Positions 38,670 to 49,065 of a DNA stretch of 64,000 nt are shown in pieces (within the stretch, counting starts at the first letter, position 1; every line of letters begins with the position of its first letter). The DNA lies in the NCBI GenBank assembly GCA_035250975.1, contig DATFEP010000067.1:44144-108143 (forward strand). Reading direction: 5' to 3'. The notes beneath the pieces are model-generated. The model did no database searches. It saw only the letters and a list, made by a program, of their open reading frames with translations, and had not been told where the DNA came from. The position numbers and the translations under genes were made by a program. This DNA is from Nitrososphaeraceae archaeon. Its GTDB lineage: Archaea; Thermoproteota; Nitrososphaeria; Nitrososphaerales; Nitrososphaeraceae.

Positions 38670-39412
38670 CTTACAAAGCCGTGCAATAATCCACGAATAA
38701 TTATTCCCTCTTCCCCGCCAGAAGACAACTCGTAATTATTTTTGAATTGATCAATCAATTCTTTTGTATAATAGTAAAATTGTTTCTCTGTGAGTTCGTG
38801 TTTTAGACAAAGATCATTTCGAACTATAGATAATGCCACCCAACCAATTGAACCAGCATTTTTTGAAATTGATAAATCGAAATCAAGTTTAAAAGTATTT
38901 AAATCAATTGTTTTTTCTGGTTTTAAAGCCGACTCCTCATATCGTTGGTTACTGTTCGTTAATAAAGAATCCATTAGTAAAATGAGTCGACCATCTAATT
39001 TTTCAACATGTTTATTAACTGATGAAGACAGTCCATGAAATGAGTCTTGTAAATCTTTCAAAAGCTCGTAAATATACTTAAATTTAGCGTCGGAATTAAT
39101 AAGATATTGAAAATAGTTATCTTTATGCCAATAGTAATATGTATTTGCTTTTTTGGCAATAATTACCTCTCCAGTTTTAAGCCATTCTTCAATTTTTTTA
39201 TCAAAGTCTGTACCCACATATTCTTTTTTTAAGGCAATCTTTTTTACCCCTTCTTCACCTGAAGAAAAAATTTTGTCAAATATTTTTTCCTCCAAAGACA
39301 TGGAATACATTTTTAATTTTCTTATAAAAGATACTTGGTGATAATAGATAAAATAATTAGTGAATTTAATTTTACTATCATAGACCTTGGATTTATTCTC
39401 AAATTGCAACAA
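38660..39412 (-). CDS. Hypothetical protein: wHTH-like ends with a central coiled coil
   Basis: Helical N-terminus ending G.V..AKK....YYW; heptad stretch LLKDLQ...LDGRL; C-terminal WV.LS.VR..L.....EKQF...YELSSGG. Confidence 0.65.
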   Translation of the reverse strand: MLQFENKSKVYDSKIKFTNYFIYYHQVSFIRKLKMYSMSLEEKIFDKIFSSGEEGVKKIALKKEYVGTDFDKKIEEWLKTGEVIIAKKANTYYYWHKDNYFQYLINSDAKFKYIYELLKDLQDSFHGLSSSVNKHVEKLDGRLILLMDSLLTNSNQRYEESALKPEKTIDLNTFKLDFDLSISKNAGSIGWVALSIVRNDLCLKHELTEKQFYYYTKELIDQFKNNYELSSGGEEGIIIRGLLHGFVRCL

Positions 39413-39515
39413 AATGGTCGTTGTAAAATCTTAAATTTTACTTTAATTTCCCAATAAAATAATTAACAATTATTAATAATACAGATCAAATTTGAATATA
39501 AAATCCATTATTTAT

Positions 39516-39576
39516 TAACGGGATGATGAAAACTTTGCTGATCGATGATGAAAGCACTAGGGTATCTGACCGGTTA
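39516..39576 (+). ncRNA. Box C/D guide sRNA with four perfect boxes
   Basis: TAACGGG / C ATGATGA (39523-29) / AAACTTTG / D' CTGA / C' ATGATGA (39545-51) / AAGCACTAGGGTAT / D CTGA (39566-69) / CCGGTTA. Confidence 0.88.
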
Positions 39577-39931
39577 CTGTTTTACAGGCTTAAAAACCTT
39601 GTAGACATTCTACAGCTCTTTAAGATTTAGTATAGTCGAAAATCATAGATTAATCGATATTGTTATCTTGGTTTGGCTTCAATATAGGATCTTTCAAATA
39701 TGATTTTTTATACTTGTTTACTGATGGAACATAAATCTCTTGTCGAAAATTTCCTCTTTCTATGCAAATATATTTTATGGAATTCTATACCTTGTTGCCT
39801 AACTTGTTCTTCTAACACATTTAGCTAACCTATCCTAGTCATAATAGGGGAACTGGAGAAATTATAAGTAGCCTCTATTAAAGAGCGGAGATATTACTTG
39901 ATATTAACGTAATTTACATATATTAAATACA

Positions 39932-40294
39932 ATGAATAATGATTTAACAGACAATGAAGATGGATGTATTTCTTTTCAAGAATTTTTAAAAATCGATTTA
40001 AGAGTAGGAAAAATAAAAAAAATTGAGACTGTTCCTCGTATGAACAAAATATACAAAGCCGAAATTGACATTGGAACAGAGAATAGAGATGTAGTAATTG
40101 GAGTTGCCGAGCATTATAAGCCAGAACAATTAGAGAGAAAAATTGTTGTTGTGTGTATTAACCTTCGTCCAAAAAAGATGGGACAGATATTTTTCAGAGG
40201 CATGGTATTAGCTGCAGAATGTGATAAAGAAAAACCAGTTCTTATTACTATTGATAGTACAGAGAATTGTAGTATAGGATCAAAAATTCATTAA
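39932..40294 (+). CDS. tRNA-binding OB-fold protein (Trbp111/CsaA/MetRS C-domain-like)
   Basis: F.KIDLRVGKI, G.AEHY.PE.L, NL.P.K......GMVLAA. Confidence 0.88.
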   Translation: MNNDLTDNEDGCISFQEFLKIDLRVGKIKKIETVPRMNKIYKAEIDIGTENRDVVIGVAEHYKPEQLERKIVVVCINLRPKKMGQIFFRGMVLAAECDKEKPVLITIDSTENCSIGSKIH

Positions 40295-40299
40295 TCATA

Positions 40300-41016
40300 T
40301 TAAACATTATTATTATGATTATTTGTTTCCTTTTTATTATACATATCTTCCATTAGGTCTTCGTATTCCTTATCGAGATCCTTAGTATCTATTCTTATTT
40401 TCTCTAGTTTGGAAAAAGCATTAATAATACTCTTAGCTGCCAAAGGTTGTTTAATATCTGTTTTTGAAATTTCTCCAAACAATCCTATTGCATCTATTCC
40501 TCTTTGCCAAGCTAATCCCAAAATCAAACCATTAAACCAAGTAATATTACCAATTTCGTTTCCAACCAATTCTATTCCCGAATTAAACAAACGCGGCTTT
40601 AGTTCAGGATTATTTGTCACTCCACAAACTTTGGGAGCACCTGTCACTTGTTGTTTTAAGTAACCGCCTGCAGAATATAGACATTTAATTTTCCCAATAG
40701 ATAATATGTAATCTAAAAAAACATTACATAAACTATACAGTTCATTTGAATCTTGTGGCTGGGAATCACCAGTAAAAATTATTATATTATATTTTTCTGA
40801 AAAATATATTTTATAAAAATCAAGTATGGGTTTGACAATCCCATTAGAATGGGATACCCATGGTTTTTCAATAGCTTCAATGTTTGCAATATTTTTTGAA
40901 TCTAATTTTTTGGATAAAAAAGAAGATACAATTCCTCCAACTTTACCCATATCAGGTAAAGATGATATAACCATAAAATCATTAAGATGAATATGTTCCA
41001 AAATTTCAAGTTTCAT
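40300..41016 (-). CDS. PAC2 proteasome-assembly-chaperone family protein
   Basis: LPDMGKVG, TGDSQP, GGY, NGLILG, LFGE. Confidence 0.85.
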   Translation of the reverse strand: MKLEILEHIHLNDFMVISSLPDMGKVGGIVSSFLSKKLDSKNIANIEAIEKPWVSHSNGIVKPILDFYKIYFSEKYNIIIFTGDSQPQDSNELYSLCNVFLDYILSIGKIKCLYSAGGYLKQQVTGAPKVCGVTNNPELKPRLFNSGIELVGNEIGNITWFNGLILGLAWQRGIDAIGLFGEISKTDIKQPLAAKSIINAFSKLEKIRIDTKDLDKEYEDLMEDMYNKKETNNHNNNV

Positions 41017-41019
41017 ATC

Positions 41020-41898
41020 TTATTTCATTCCATTTAATTTCTTGACCAATGTATAGATAGCGGTATAATCAAGATTTGCTAATCCCATTTTCGAAGCATA
41101 ATTAAATAAATGTAAAACTGAATTTGTTATCGGTAAAGTGATATCGTTATCGTCTGCCAGGTGCATAACTAAACTTAGATCCTTTTTCATATGCTTGAGG
41201 TAAAAAGATGGATTATAATCACCCTTTATCATTCTAGGACCTTTATTCTCACTCATACCGGTTTTAAAATAAGTAGAATTCAGAATTTTGAGATACAAAC
41301 TCGGGTCTAGTCCGAAACTCTCTGATAAAATCAACCCTTCCGAAAGCGCTACAGCAATTATTCCTATATTAAGATTTAAGGCTAGTTTTATGGCATTAGC
41401 TAACCCTGGTTTATCGCCAACATAATAAATGGGATTACCTAGATTACAGATTACTGAACTAATTTTTTCATACACAGACTTTTCTCCTGAAACAATTGGA
41501 ATAAGTTTCCCTTCAAGTGTTGCAGCAGGCCCTCCCATCACTGGAGTGTTTAGGTACGTAATTCCATTTTCCTTGAATTTATTATTACAAATTTCCGATT
41601 CTTTTGGTGTAATGGTACTAAAATCCAAAACTGTCATGTTTTTATTATTAGAATTTATTAGACCGTCCTCCATAAAGCAAAGATCATTAATTGCTGCATA
41701 ATTAGTCACACAAATGGCAACAATTGAAGACTGATCGCCTATTTTTTTTGGAGAATCTAATACAATTGCTCCACTTCTTGCTAGTGCTGATGATTTGGAA
41801 GATGTTCTATTATATACATTAATTTTGAAATTACAATTTAACAATCTCAAACCAATATTATAACCCAATAATCCAAGTCCAATAATACCGATTTGCAT
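41020..41898 (-). CDS. Beta-hydroxyacid (3-hydroxyisobutyrate-like) NAD(P) dehydrogenase
   Basis: IGIIGLG.LG, YNRT, STI.P, PVMGG, KL..N, KDL. Confidence 0.9.
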   Translation of the reverse strand: MQIGIIGLGLLGYNIGLRLLNCNFKINVYNRTSSKSSALARSGAIVLDSPKKIGDQSSIVAICVTNYAAINDLCFMEDGLINSNNKNMTVLDFSTITPKESEICNNKFKENGITYLNTPVMGGPAATLEGKLIPIVSGEKSVYEKISSVICNLGNPIYYVGDKPGLANAIKLALNLNIGIIAVALSEGLILSESFGLDPSLYLKILNSTYFKTGMSENKGPRMIKGDYNPSFYLKHMKKDLSLVMHLADDNDITLPITNSVLHLFNYASKMGLANLDYTAIYTLVKKLNGMK

Positions 41899-41957
41899 AA
41901 AAAAACAATAAAAGATTCCATAAAAATATTTTTTTATTTTAAAAAAATAATGACCGA

Positions 41958-42278
41958 TTATACCAACAAGAACACGGATCCATTAGAAATCTTTGTTTGG
42001 TAAATCCCTAAAGGTATCTCTGCAGGTAGATTTTCAGGTTTTCCAGTTTCTAATTTGAACGCTGACATATGGAGTGGACATGTAACTGTTTTTTCTTGTT
42101 CATTTAGAATGCCTAAAGAAAGATCTGCATCAGCATGGGTACAAATTCTATCACTTGCATAAATATGATCTCCTATTTTTACCAACAAGATTTTTTTTTC
42201 TTCGTAATTAAACTCCATAATCTCTCCAGATGAAAGAGACTTTAAATCACATACTTTAATCCAAGGCAAAAGACACAC
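41958..42278 (-). CDS. Rieske-type [2Fe-2S] ferredoxin
   Basis: CTH....L...CPLH.S.F. Confidence 0.92.
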   Translation of the reverse strand: MCLLPWIKVCDLKSLSSGEIMEFNYEEKKILLVKIGDHIYASDRICTHADADLSLGILNEQEKTVTCPLHMSAFKLETGKPENLPAEIPLGIYQTKISNGSVFLLV

Positions 42279-42305
42279 ACCGAATCATGGTAAAATAACA
42301 GAAAG

Positions 42306-43721
42306 CTATCGATATTTGTAATGTTTTTCAAATATATCCTCTGTTTCTCGATATCTAGTTTTCTCAACTTCAAGAATTTGTTCCATAGCCTCGTCTGTTC
42401 TTAAAATCAATGGTTTTCCTAACCATTTATTTTCGATAAGATAATTTATCCAAGCTCGAATAGTAGGACCCATTCTTCTTGAAATAGGTTCTAAAAATCC
42501 CCCAACTATTTCCCGCTTTGCCGATTCTTTAGATAAACCACGACTCATTAGATAGAAAATTTGTTTTTCATCGATTTGAGATACTGATGCTGAATGAGTC
42601 GCCTTGACTTCATTTGATTCTATCTCCAATCCTGGAATAGCATCGGATTTTGCTCCTTTGTCTAACAAAATAGCATGTCCTGCAAGATAAGATTCTGTAG
42701 ATTTTGCATTCTTGTTTATCTTTATCATTCCCTTAAATAAGGATTGAGAAGTATCTTTCATTACAGATTTAACTAGAACCCTACCCTTAGTATTTGGCGC
42801 AGAATGTATCAAGTTGGAAGAAATATCAAAGGATTGGTTATCTATTCCAAATATGATCTCCACATCCTCAACTGATGCACCTTGACCTTGCATTATGCTA
42901 TCTATTTTATATCTTGAAAGTTGTGAACCAAATAGACCTATCGACCAAGACATATTAGCATCTTGTTCAACAAACGATTTTCTATTTGAAAAATTAACCG
43001 CCTGGTAATCCAACGATTGGAGAGTTACCATTTCTAGTTGCGAATTATTCATGAGGTGAGCGTCTAGTAATTCAAAATATACCTGCTGAATATCCTTATT
43101 TTTTATGTTTGCAGAATACAGCTCTTGAACTATAGTAGCTTTTGAATCTGGTTCGCTAATGATAATATTTCGAGAGATAGAAGAAATTCCGTTTTCTGAA
43201 AGATAGTTAATTATTCTTATAGGCTCATCTATTACCATATTCTTTGGTACATATATAAAAAACCCATGCTGAAAAGCTGCGGAACAGAGAGCCAAAAACC
43301 TATCTTCTTTGAAGTCAAGTTTATTTTTTGTAAGGTGTTTTTGTATTATATCAGAATATTCATTTAATGCATCAGATATTTCAGAAATAACAAGACCTTT
43401 TTTCCTTAATTCATCATCCAAAAATGTATTTACAATATTGCTATCCTTGCATACAATACCAGTTCCTTTACTCAACTCTGCAACTCTATCCGAGAATAGA
43501 CTTACATCTTGATTCTCTTTCGTTTTATCAAAAAAAATCTTATCCGGTATTAGACGATTTGCATTTGAATATTTTGTATATAATTGCGAGACCTCAAATG
43601 GAAGCTTTTCATAATTTAGAGATGCATCTTTCCTGAATTGGCGCATCCATTCTGGTTCCGAATCATCAAAAATACTGTCAAAATTATCTTCTATAGACGA
43701 TAATTTGTACATTTTAATCAT
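42306..43721 (-). CDS. sufD: Fe-S assembly protein SufD
   Basis: AIPGLEI...EVKATHSA; IFYLMSRG. Confidence 0.92.
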   Translation of the reverse strand: MIKMYKLSSIEDNFDSIFDDSEPEWMRQFRKDASLNYEKLPFEVSQLYTKYSNANRLIPDKIFFDKTKENQDVSLFSDRVAELSKGTGIVCKDSNIVNTFLDDELRKKGLVISEISDALNEYSDIIQKHLTKNKLDFKEDRFLALCSAAFQHGFFIYVPKNMVIDEPIRIINYLSENGISSISRNIIISEPDSKATIVQELYSANIKNKDIQQVYFELLDAHLMNNSQLEMVTLQSLDYQAVNFSNRKSFVEQDANMSWSIGLFGSQLSRYKIDSIMQGQGASVEDVEIIFGIDNQSFDISSNLIHSAPNTKGRVLVKSVMKDTSQSLFKGMIKINKNAKSTESYLAGHAILLDKGAKSDAIPGLEIESNEVKATHSASVSQIDEKQIFYLMSRGLSKESAKREIVGGFLEPISRRMGPTIRAWINYLIENKWLGKPLILRTDEAMEQILEVEKTRYRETEDIFEKHYKYR

Positions 43722-43749
43722 CTGTTATTTGAAAAAATAGGTGTTTTGA

Positions 43750-45150
43750 TTAACCCACAGATCCTTCCATTTCTAATTTGACTAATCTATTGAGCTCAAC
43801 AGCATATTCCATTGGTAATTCTTTGGTAAATGGTTCTATGAATCCCCCAACAATAAGAGATAATGCATCTGATTCTGAAAATCCCCTACTCATTAAATAA
43901 AAGATTTGGTCTTCACCTATCTTTCCCACAGTAGCTTCATGTGAAATAGTCGCATCATCTTCATTCACTTCAACATATGGATATGTATCGGTTCTTGAAT
44001 TTTCATCCAGTAAAAGTGCATCGCATCTTACATTTGATTTTACTCCAGTTGCACCTTTGGCAACATGCAATAGGCCTCTATAAGTTGTTCTTCCTGATTG
44101 TTTACTGACAGACTTACTCGTAATTCTTGATGTTGTATCTGATGCAAGATGTACAGCTTTGGCTCCTGCATCTTGATGTTGATCCGATCCTGCAAAAGCA
44201 ATTGATACAACCTCAGCGTGAGCATTTTTTCCCAACAAGTATACACCAGGATACTTCATAGTCAATTTACTTCCAATATTTCCATCAATCCATTCAACTT
44301 TTGCATTTTCATAAGCGTATGCTCTTTTGGTCACTAGATTATAGACGTCTTTACTCCAATTTTGGATAGTAGTATATCTTATTTTAGCACCCTTCTTGGC
44401 AATTAACTCAACTACAGCTGAATGTAATGATTCAGTAGTATATACAGGAGCAGTACATCCTTCTATATAATGAACTTCAGAGCCCTCATCAGCAATTATC
44501 AAGGTTCGTTCAAACTGTCCGATATTTTCTGCATTTATTCTAAAATATGCTTGTAAGGGTAATTCAACTTTTACATTTGGCGGAACATAAATAAATGAAC
44601 CACCAGACCAAACTGCACTATTTAATGCAGCAAATTTATTATCTTCTGGAGGAATTATTTTACCGAAATATTTGCGAAAAATATCAGGATGTTCCTTCAC
44701 TGCTGTATCAGTATCTAGAAATATTACTCCTTGTTTAGCTAAATCTTCATGTAAGTGGTGATATACTACCTCGGATTCATATTGAGCACCAACCCCAGCA
44801 AGAAATTTCTTCTCGGCTTCAGGGATTCCAAGCTTATCAAAAGTGTTTCTAACAGATTCCGGAACATCGTCCCAGCTTTTACTTTGCTTTTCAGAAGCTT
44901 TAGCATAATAATAAATATTTTGAAAATCGATTTTTGAGAGGTCACCGCCCCAAGTAGGCATCGGTTTATTCATAAAAATGTCATAAGATCTTAATCGAAA
45001 ATCAAGCATCCACGCAGGTTCATTTTTAATTTTACTTATTTCTTCTATCGTGCCACGGGAGAGTCCTTTCTTACTTAGATACACGTATAAATCAGTAGAG
45101 TCCTTAAAATCGTATTTACTGTAATCCATGTTGATTTCTTCGAGAGTCAT
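43750..45150 (-). CDS. sufB: Fe-S assembly protein SufB
   Basis: [36 protein letters not shown]. Confidence 0.96.
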   Translation of the reverse strand: MTLEEINMDYSKYDFKDSTDLYVYLSKKGLSRGTIEEISKIKNEPAWMLDFRLRSYDIFMNKPMPTWGGDLSKIDFQNIYYYAKASEKQSKSWDDVPESVRNTFDKLGIPEAEKKFLAGVGAQYESEVVYHHLHEDLAKQGVIFLDTDTAVKEHPDIFRKYFGKIIPPEDNKFAALNSAVWSGGSFIYVPPNVKVELPLQAYFRINAENIGQFERTLIIADEGSEVHYIEGCTAPVYTTESLHSAVVELIAKKGAKIRYTTIQNWSKDVYNLVTKRAYAYENAKVEWIDGNIGSKLTMKYPGVYLLGKNAHAEVVSIAFAGSDQHQDAGAKAVHLASDTTSRITSKSVSKQSGRTTYRGLLHVAKGATGVKSNVRCDALLLDENSRTDTYPYVEVNEDDATISHEATVGKIGEDQIFYLMSRGFSESDALSLIVGGFIEPFTKELPMEYAVELNRLVKLEMEGSVG

Positions 45151-45252
45151 AGAATTAATAACGGCGTTATACTATATATAAATTTTGCAACACTATAAAA
45201 TAAGACAAAAATAGCATTAGAATAAAAATTTTTATAATGACATCTAAGAAAA

Positions 45253-46035
45253 TTAAATTTGAGATTTTAACAACTCTGCAACATCATTTAAAGAATGCAT
45301 GTGTGATTCGGTAAAGCTTATGCCATATTTTTGCAATTCTTTGCTTGTTTTGGGTCCTATTGAAATAACCAGACCTATTTTTTTTATATTTTGTAATAAA
45401 TCTTCTGATATCATTTTAATAATATCAAAAAAAAATCTAACATTAGATGGACTAGTGAAAATCAAAGAGTCTATCTTATTATCTCCTAGCAATCTGGAAA
45501 AATCTATCCAGTTATCGTCGATACCAGATGGTTTAACATCATACAAATAAAATTCATGAACTTGATATCCTAATCTCGTAAGATTTTCTCGCAAATAGTC
45601 ATCGGCTAATCTACTTCTAGGAATAACGATTTTTCTTGCTTTCTGCGTCTTTCCAAATATTTTTAATATCTCTTCTGAGGATGATTTTGATGGAACGTAT
45701 CGAACGTTTATAGCATTTTTATTCAGACTATTACTAGTTGAATTACCTATCGCTACAACTGTAACTTTTTCATTAAGAATTCTGGCAATATCATCATATC
45801 TGTTTATTTTCTTGGCAAATTCAAAAAATAATTGTACAGCATTAACACTTAAAAAAACAAAATAATCGTCTTCAGTAAAAGAGAATCGAAATATCTCATT
45901 TATAATCTTAGCATTGTTAGGTATTATTTCACTAGTTTTGAGTCTAACTAACCGAAGAGACTCATTATTTAGTAAATATGAAAACTCGCTTGATAAATTT
46001 CTGGAATGAGTTATTGCAATAATTTTATCTTTCAT
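45253..46035 (-). CDS. hemD: Uroporphyrinogen-III synthase
   Basis: F.S.NAV, AIG..T, FTSPS.V, SIGPKT; last gene of the hem operon. Confidence 0.88.
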   Translation of the reverse strand: MKDKIIAITHSRNLSSEFSYLLNNESLRLVRLKTSEIIPNNAKIINEIFRFSFTEDDYFVFLSVNAVQLFFEFAKKINRYDDIARILNEKVTVVAIGNSTSNSLNKNAINVRYVPSKSSSEEILKIFGKTQKARKIVIPRSRLADDYLRENLTRLGYQVHEFYLYDVKPSGIDDNWIDFSRLLGDNKIDSLIFTSPSNVRFFFDIIKMISEDLLQNIKKIGLVISIGPKTSKELQKYGISFTESHMHSLNDVAELLKSQI

Positions 46036-46051
46036 ATTATCAGAAATTTTT

Positions 46052-46855
46052 TTATCTCCAACCGATCCTTTCTGATAATGAAACTACCTCTCCTATTACT
46101 ATTACTGCAGGTGGTTTAATAGATGATTCTTTCATCTTTTCTATAATATTTGATGCATTTCCTATTATTATTTTTTGATCTTGAAGAGTACCACGTTCGA
46201 TAATAGCCACTTTGGTATTCTTATCCAGGCCGTGATGCATTAATTTACCCATTATTTTTGGAAGATTCTCTATTCCCATAAGAATAACTATTGTATCCAC
46301 AGATTTAGCCAATTTATCCCATCGAACACTTTTTTCTTCTTTGCTCGGATCTTCATGCCCTGTAACTATCGCAACTGAGGATGAAAGTTTTCTATGGGTA
46401 AGCGGAATTCCAGAATAAATTGCTGATGCTATTGCTGAGGAGATCCCGGGAACAATTTCAAATCGTATATTATTTTCAAAAAGAAACTCTGCTTCTTCTC
46501 CTCCTCTACCAAAAATAAAAGGATCTCCTCCTTTGAGTCGTAAAACTTTTTTGCCATCTCTAGCATACTTTAACATCATTTTATTAGTTTTTATTTGATT
46601 ACTAGTAGGATCTCCAGAAGATCTTCCAACATAAAGCCGAATTGTTTTTTCTGGTATTAGTTTTAAGATTTCATTACTTACTAGACGATCATATAATATA
46701 ATATCGCATTTTTTGATTAACTCATGACAACGCATTGTAATCAATTTCGAATTTCCTGGTCCAGAGCCACAAATGTAAATCTTACCCTTAGTGATTTTTT
46801 TTGTTCCATTCGTCAACAGCTTTATCCCACCCTTGTGCAAACCTAGCTGCACCAT
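46052..46855 (-). CDS. cobA: Uroporphyrinogen-III C-methyltransferase
   Basis: [32 protein letters not shown]. Confidence 0.95.
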   Translation of the reverse strand: MVQLGLHKGGIKLLTNGTKKITKGKIYICGSGPGNSKLITMRCHELIKKCDIILYDRLVSNEILKLIPEKTIRLYVGRSSGDPTSNQIKTNKMMLKYARDGKKVLRLKGGDPFIFGRGGEEAEFLFENNIRFEIVPGISSAIASAIYSGIPLTHRKLSSSVAIVTGHEDPSKEEKSVRWDKLAKSVDTIVILMGIENLPKIMGKLMHHGLDKNTKVAIIERGTLQDQKIIIGNASNIIEKMKESSIKPPAVIVIGEVVSLSERIGWR

Positions 46856-47744
46856 TCCTTAACAAATATTTAGCAGCTATATTTCCCAATTTCTTAGGGG
46901 AATCATAGGAGCCTATTTTTTTAACAACCAATTCTTCTGATCCATCAGAGGAAAATATTTTTGAAAAAAATCTTATACTATTATTTCTTTTTGAAGCAAT
47001 CGCACACGCTCCTATAGGAAATCTACAACCACCTTCTATTCTTGATATAAAAGTTCTTTCTGCTTCAATAGATTTTCTCGAAGGCTCATCTTCAATTTTT
47101 TTCAAGAAATTAATTAGTGTTTTATTGTTTTTTTTAGATACTATTCCTAAGGCACCTTGCCCCGGCGCTGGTAAAAATTCTGTTATTTCAAGTCTTTGAC
47201 TAATCACATTTAACTTCCCCAATCTTTTTAATCCTGCTTCTGCAAGGATAATTCCATCGTAATCTCCTTTTAATGTTTTATCTATTCTTGTATCAATGTT
47301 ACCACGAATTGGTTTTACAATCAAATCCTTCCGAAGATTGATCAACTGAATTGCCCTACGTAAACTACTAGTACCAATAACAGAGTTCGAAGGAATATCT
47401 ATCAATTTTCTTTTTCTTTTACTAATTAAAACATCGTTTATAGATTCTCTCATGGGTATAGAACAAATAGTCAAATTATTATTTAGTGTAGAAGGAACAT
47501 CTTTGATACTATGAATTGCTATGTCTACTTCGCCATTTAGCACAGCTTCATTGATTTCTTTTTCAAATATCCCTTTCCTATCCATTGAAAATAATGCTTG
47601 TTGTTTATCTAAATCTCCACTAGTTACAATCTTAACAATTTCATATTCGAAAACAGGATTTACTCGTGAAAGAGAATCTAACACAATATTTGTCTGAGCA
47701 ATGGCTAATTTGCTACCCCTAGTTCCTACTCTCAATCGATTCAT
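46788..47744 (-). CDS. hemC: Hydroxymethylbilane synthase
   Basis: GTRGSKLA..Q, HSIKDVP, GTSSLRR, RGNIDTR, GGC. Confidence 0.96.
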   Translation of the reverse strand: MNRLRVGTRGSKLAIAQTNIVLDSLSRVNPVFEYEIVKIVTSGDLDKQQALFSMDRKGIFEKEINEAVLNGEVDIAIHSIKDVPSTLNNNLTICSIPMRESINDVLISKRKRKLIDIPSNSVIGTSSLRRAIQLINLRKDLIVKPIRGNIDTRIDKTLKGDYDGIILAEAGLKRLGKLNVISQRLEITEFLPAPGQGALGIVSKKNNKTLINFLKKIEDEPSRKSIEAERTFISRIEGGCRFPIGACAIASKRNNSIRFFSKIFSSDGSEELVVKKIGSYDSPKKLGNIAAKYLLRNGAARFAQGWDKAVDEWNKKNH

Positions 47745-49027
47745 TTTATATTTTTAATGTTAAGTAATGAATTAAAATAACTCTCTATAGTTCTTTCTAT
47801 ATCTTCTTCATTATGAGAAAATGATGTAAAACATGTTTCAAATTGCGATGGTGGTATGAAGATATCCTTTTGAAGGAGCATCAAGAAAAATTTTTCAAAT
47901 AACTTTTGATCTGATTTTATAACATCAAGTGTTGAGTTTACTTTTCCAATAGTAAAAAATATTTGAAATAGTGATCCTATGGAATTAATAGTAAAAAATT
48001 CATCGAATCTATTTATACTGTCCCTTATTCCCTTAACCAAAGTATCACATGATCGAGCCAGTTGCGGATAAATTATATTCTTGTTAGCCTTCAGGATTTG
48101 CATTGTAGCAATGCAAGCAGACACAGAAATAGGATTTCCAGCGTATGTACTAGCCTGATAAACATTTCCAATTGGGGATAACTGGTCCATTATCTCTGCC
48201 TTCCCACAAATTGCCGCAATAGGGAATCCGTTACCAAGTGATTTGGAAAATGTAGCAAGATCCGGTTTAATACCAAAAAATTCACTTGCCCCACCCAAGG
48301 ATAGTCTGAATCCAGTTATGACCTCATCAAATACTAAAATAATATCATTCTCCCGAGTTACTTTTCTCAAATTATTTAAATAATTTTTTTCAGGCAACAC
48401 TAGACCATAGTTTCCCAATATAGGCTCAACAATGAGACAACTGATATTTCCTGAATCTTTTTTAATAATATTCTCAAGATCCCCTAGATCATTATATTTG
48501 ACTATCAATGTCTCTTTGGAAATTTCTTCAAGCGAACCTTCTGAAGAGGGGATATTTGCTGCTCCTGAACCCGCTTTTACTAGAACATAGTCGTACGCTC
48601 CGTGATAACCTCCATCAAATTTTATAATTTTCTTTCTCTTATTAAATGCCCTGGAGAGTCTAATGGCAGTCATTGTGGATTCGGAGCCGGTGTTTAGAAT
48701 TCTTACCTTTTCAGCACAAGGAATAATTTCAGTCAAAAGTTCTGCAAGATACACCTCCTTTTCGGTAGGGATACAGAATAGCGTTCCCTTATCGAGCTGA
48801 TTTTTTATTGATTCCAGCACTTGAGGATATGAGTGACCTAGGATTAAAGATCCATAACCCATACAATAATCTAATAATGTCCTATGATCAGCAGTTACTA
48901 TTTTACTTCCAAATCCGGAAGAAACAAAGAATGGATATGGTTTAAAAAATCTTACAGGACTGTTTACCCCTCCCGGAATTACCTTTACAGATCTATCAAA
49001 TAATTCCTTTGACTTTACAAATTTCAA
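47741..49027 (-). CDS. hemL: Glutamate-1-semialdehyde 2,1-aminomutase
   Basis: PGGVNSPVR, DEVITGFR, PPSQFE. Confidence 0.96.
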   Translation of the reverse strand: MKFVKSKELFDRSVKVIPGGVNSPVRFFKPYPFFVSSGFGSKIVTADHRTLLDYCMGYGSLILGHSYPQVLESIKNQLDKGTLFCIPTEKEVYLAELLTEIIPCAEKVRILNTGSESTMTAIRLSRAFNKRKKIIKFDGGYHGAYDYVLVKAGSGAANIPSSEGSLEEISKETLIVKYNDLGDLENIIKKDSGNISCLIVEPILGNYGLVLPEKNYLNNLRKVTRENDIILVFDEVITGFRLSLGGASEFFGIKPDLATFSKSLGNGFPIAAICGKAEIMDQLSPIGNVYQASTYAGNPISVSACIATMQILKANKNIIYPQLARSCDTLVKGIRDSINRFDEFFTINSIGSLFQIFFTIGKVNSTLDVIKSDQKLFEKFFLMLLQKDIFIPPSQFETCFTSFSHNEEDIERTIESYFNSLLNIKNIK

Positions 49028-49065
49028 TAATCATTACTTTGATATTATTCTATTTATAAAATAAC

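Noticed and set aside
36200-39930. Integrated element at tRNA-Gly
   Set aside because: No duplicated tRNA 3' end (att site), integrase or composition shift found by eye.
41958-45150. sufB-sufD-ferredoxin cluster without sufC, with sufS/sufU 25 kb away
   Set aside because: Dispersed Suf genes are ordinary in archaea; sufC may lie outside the window.
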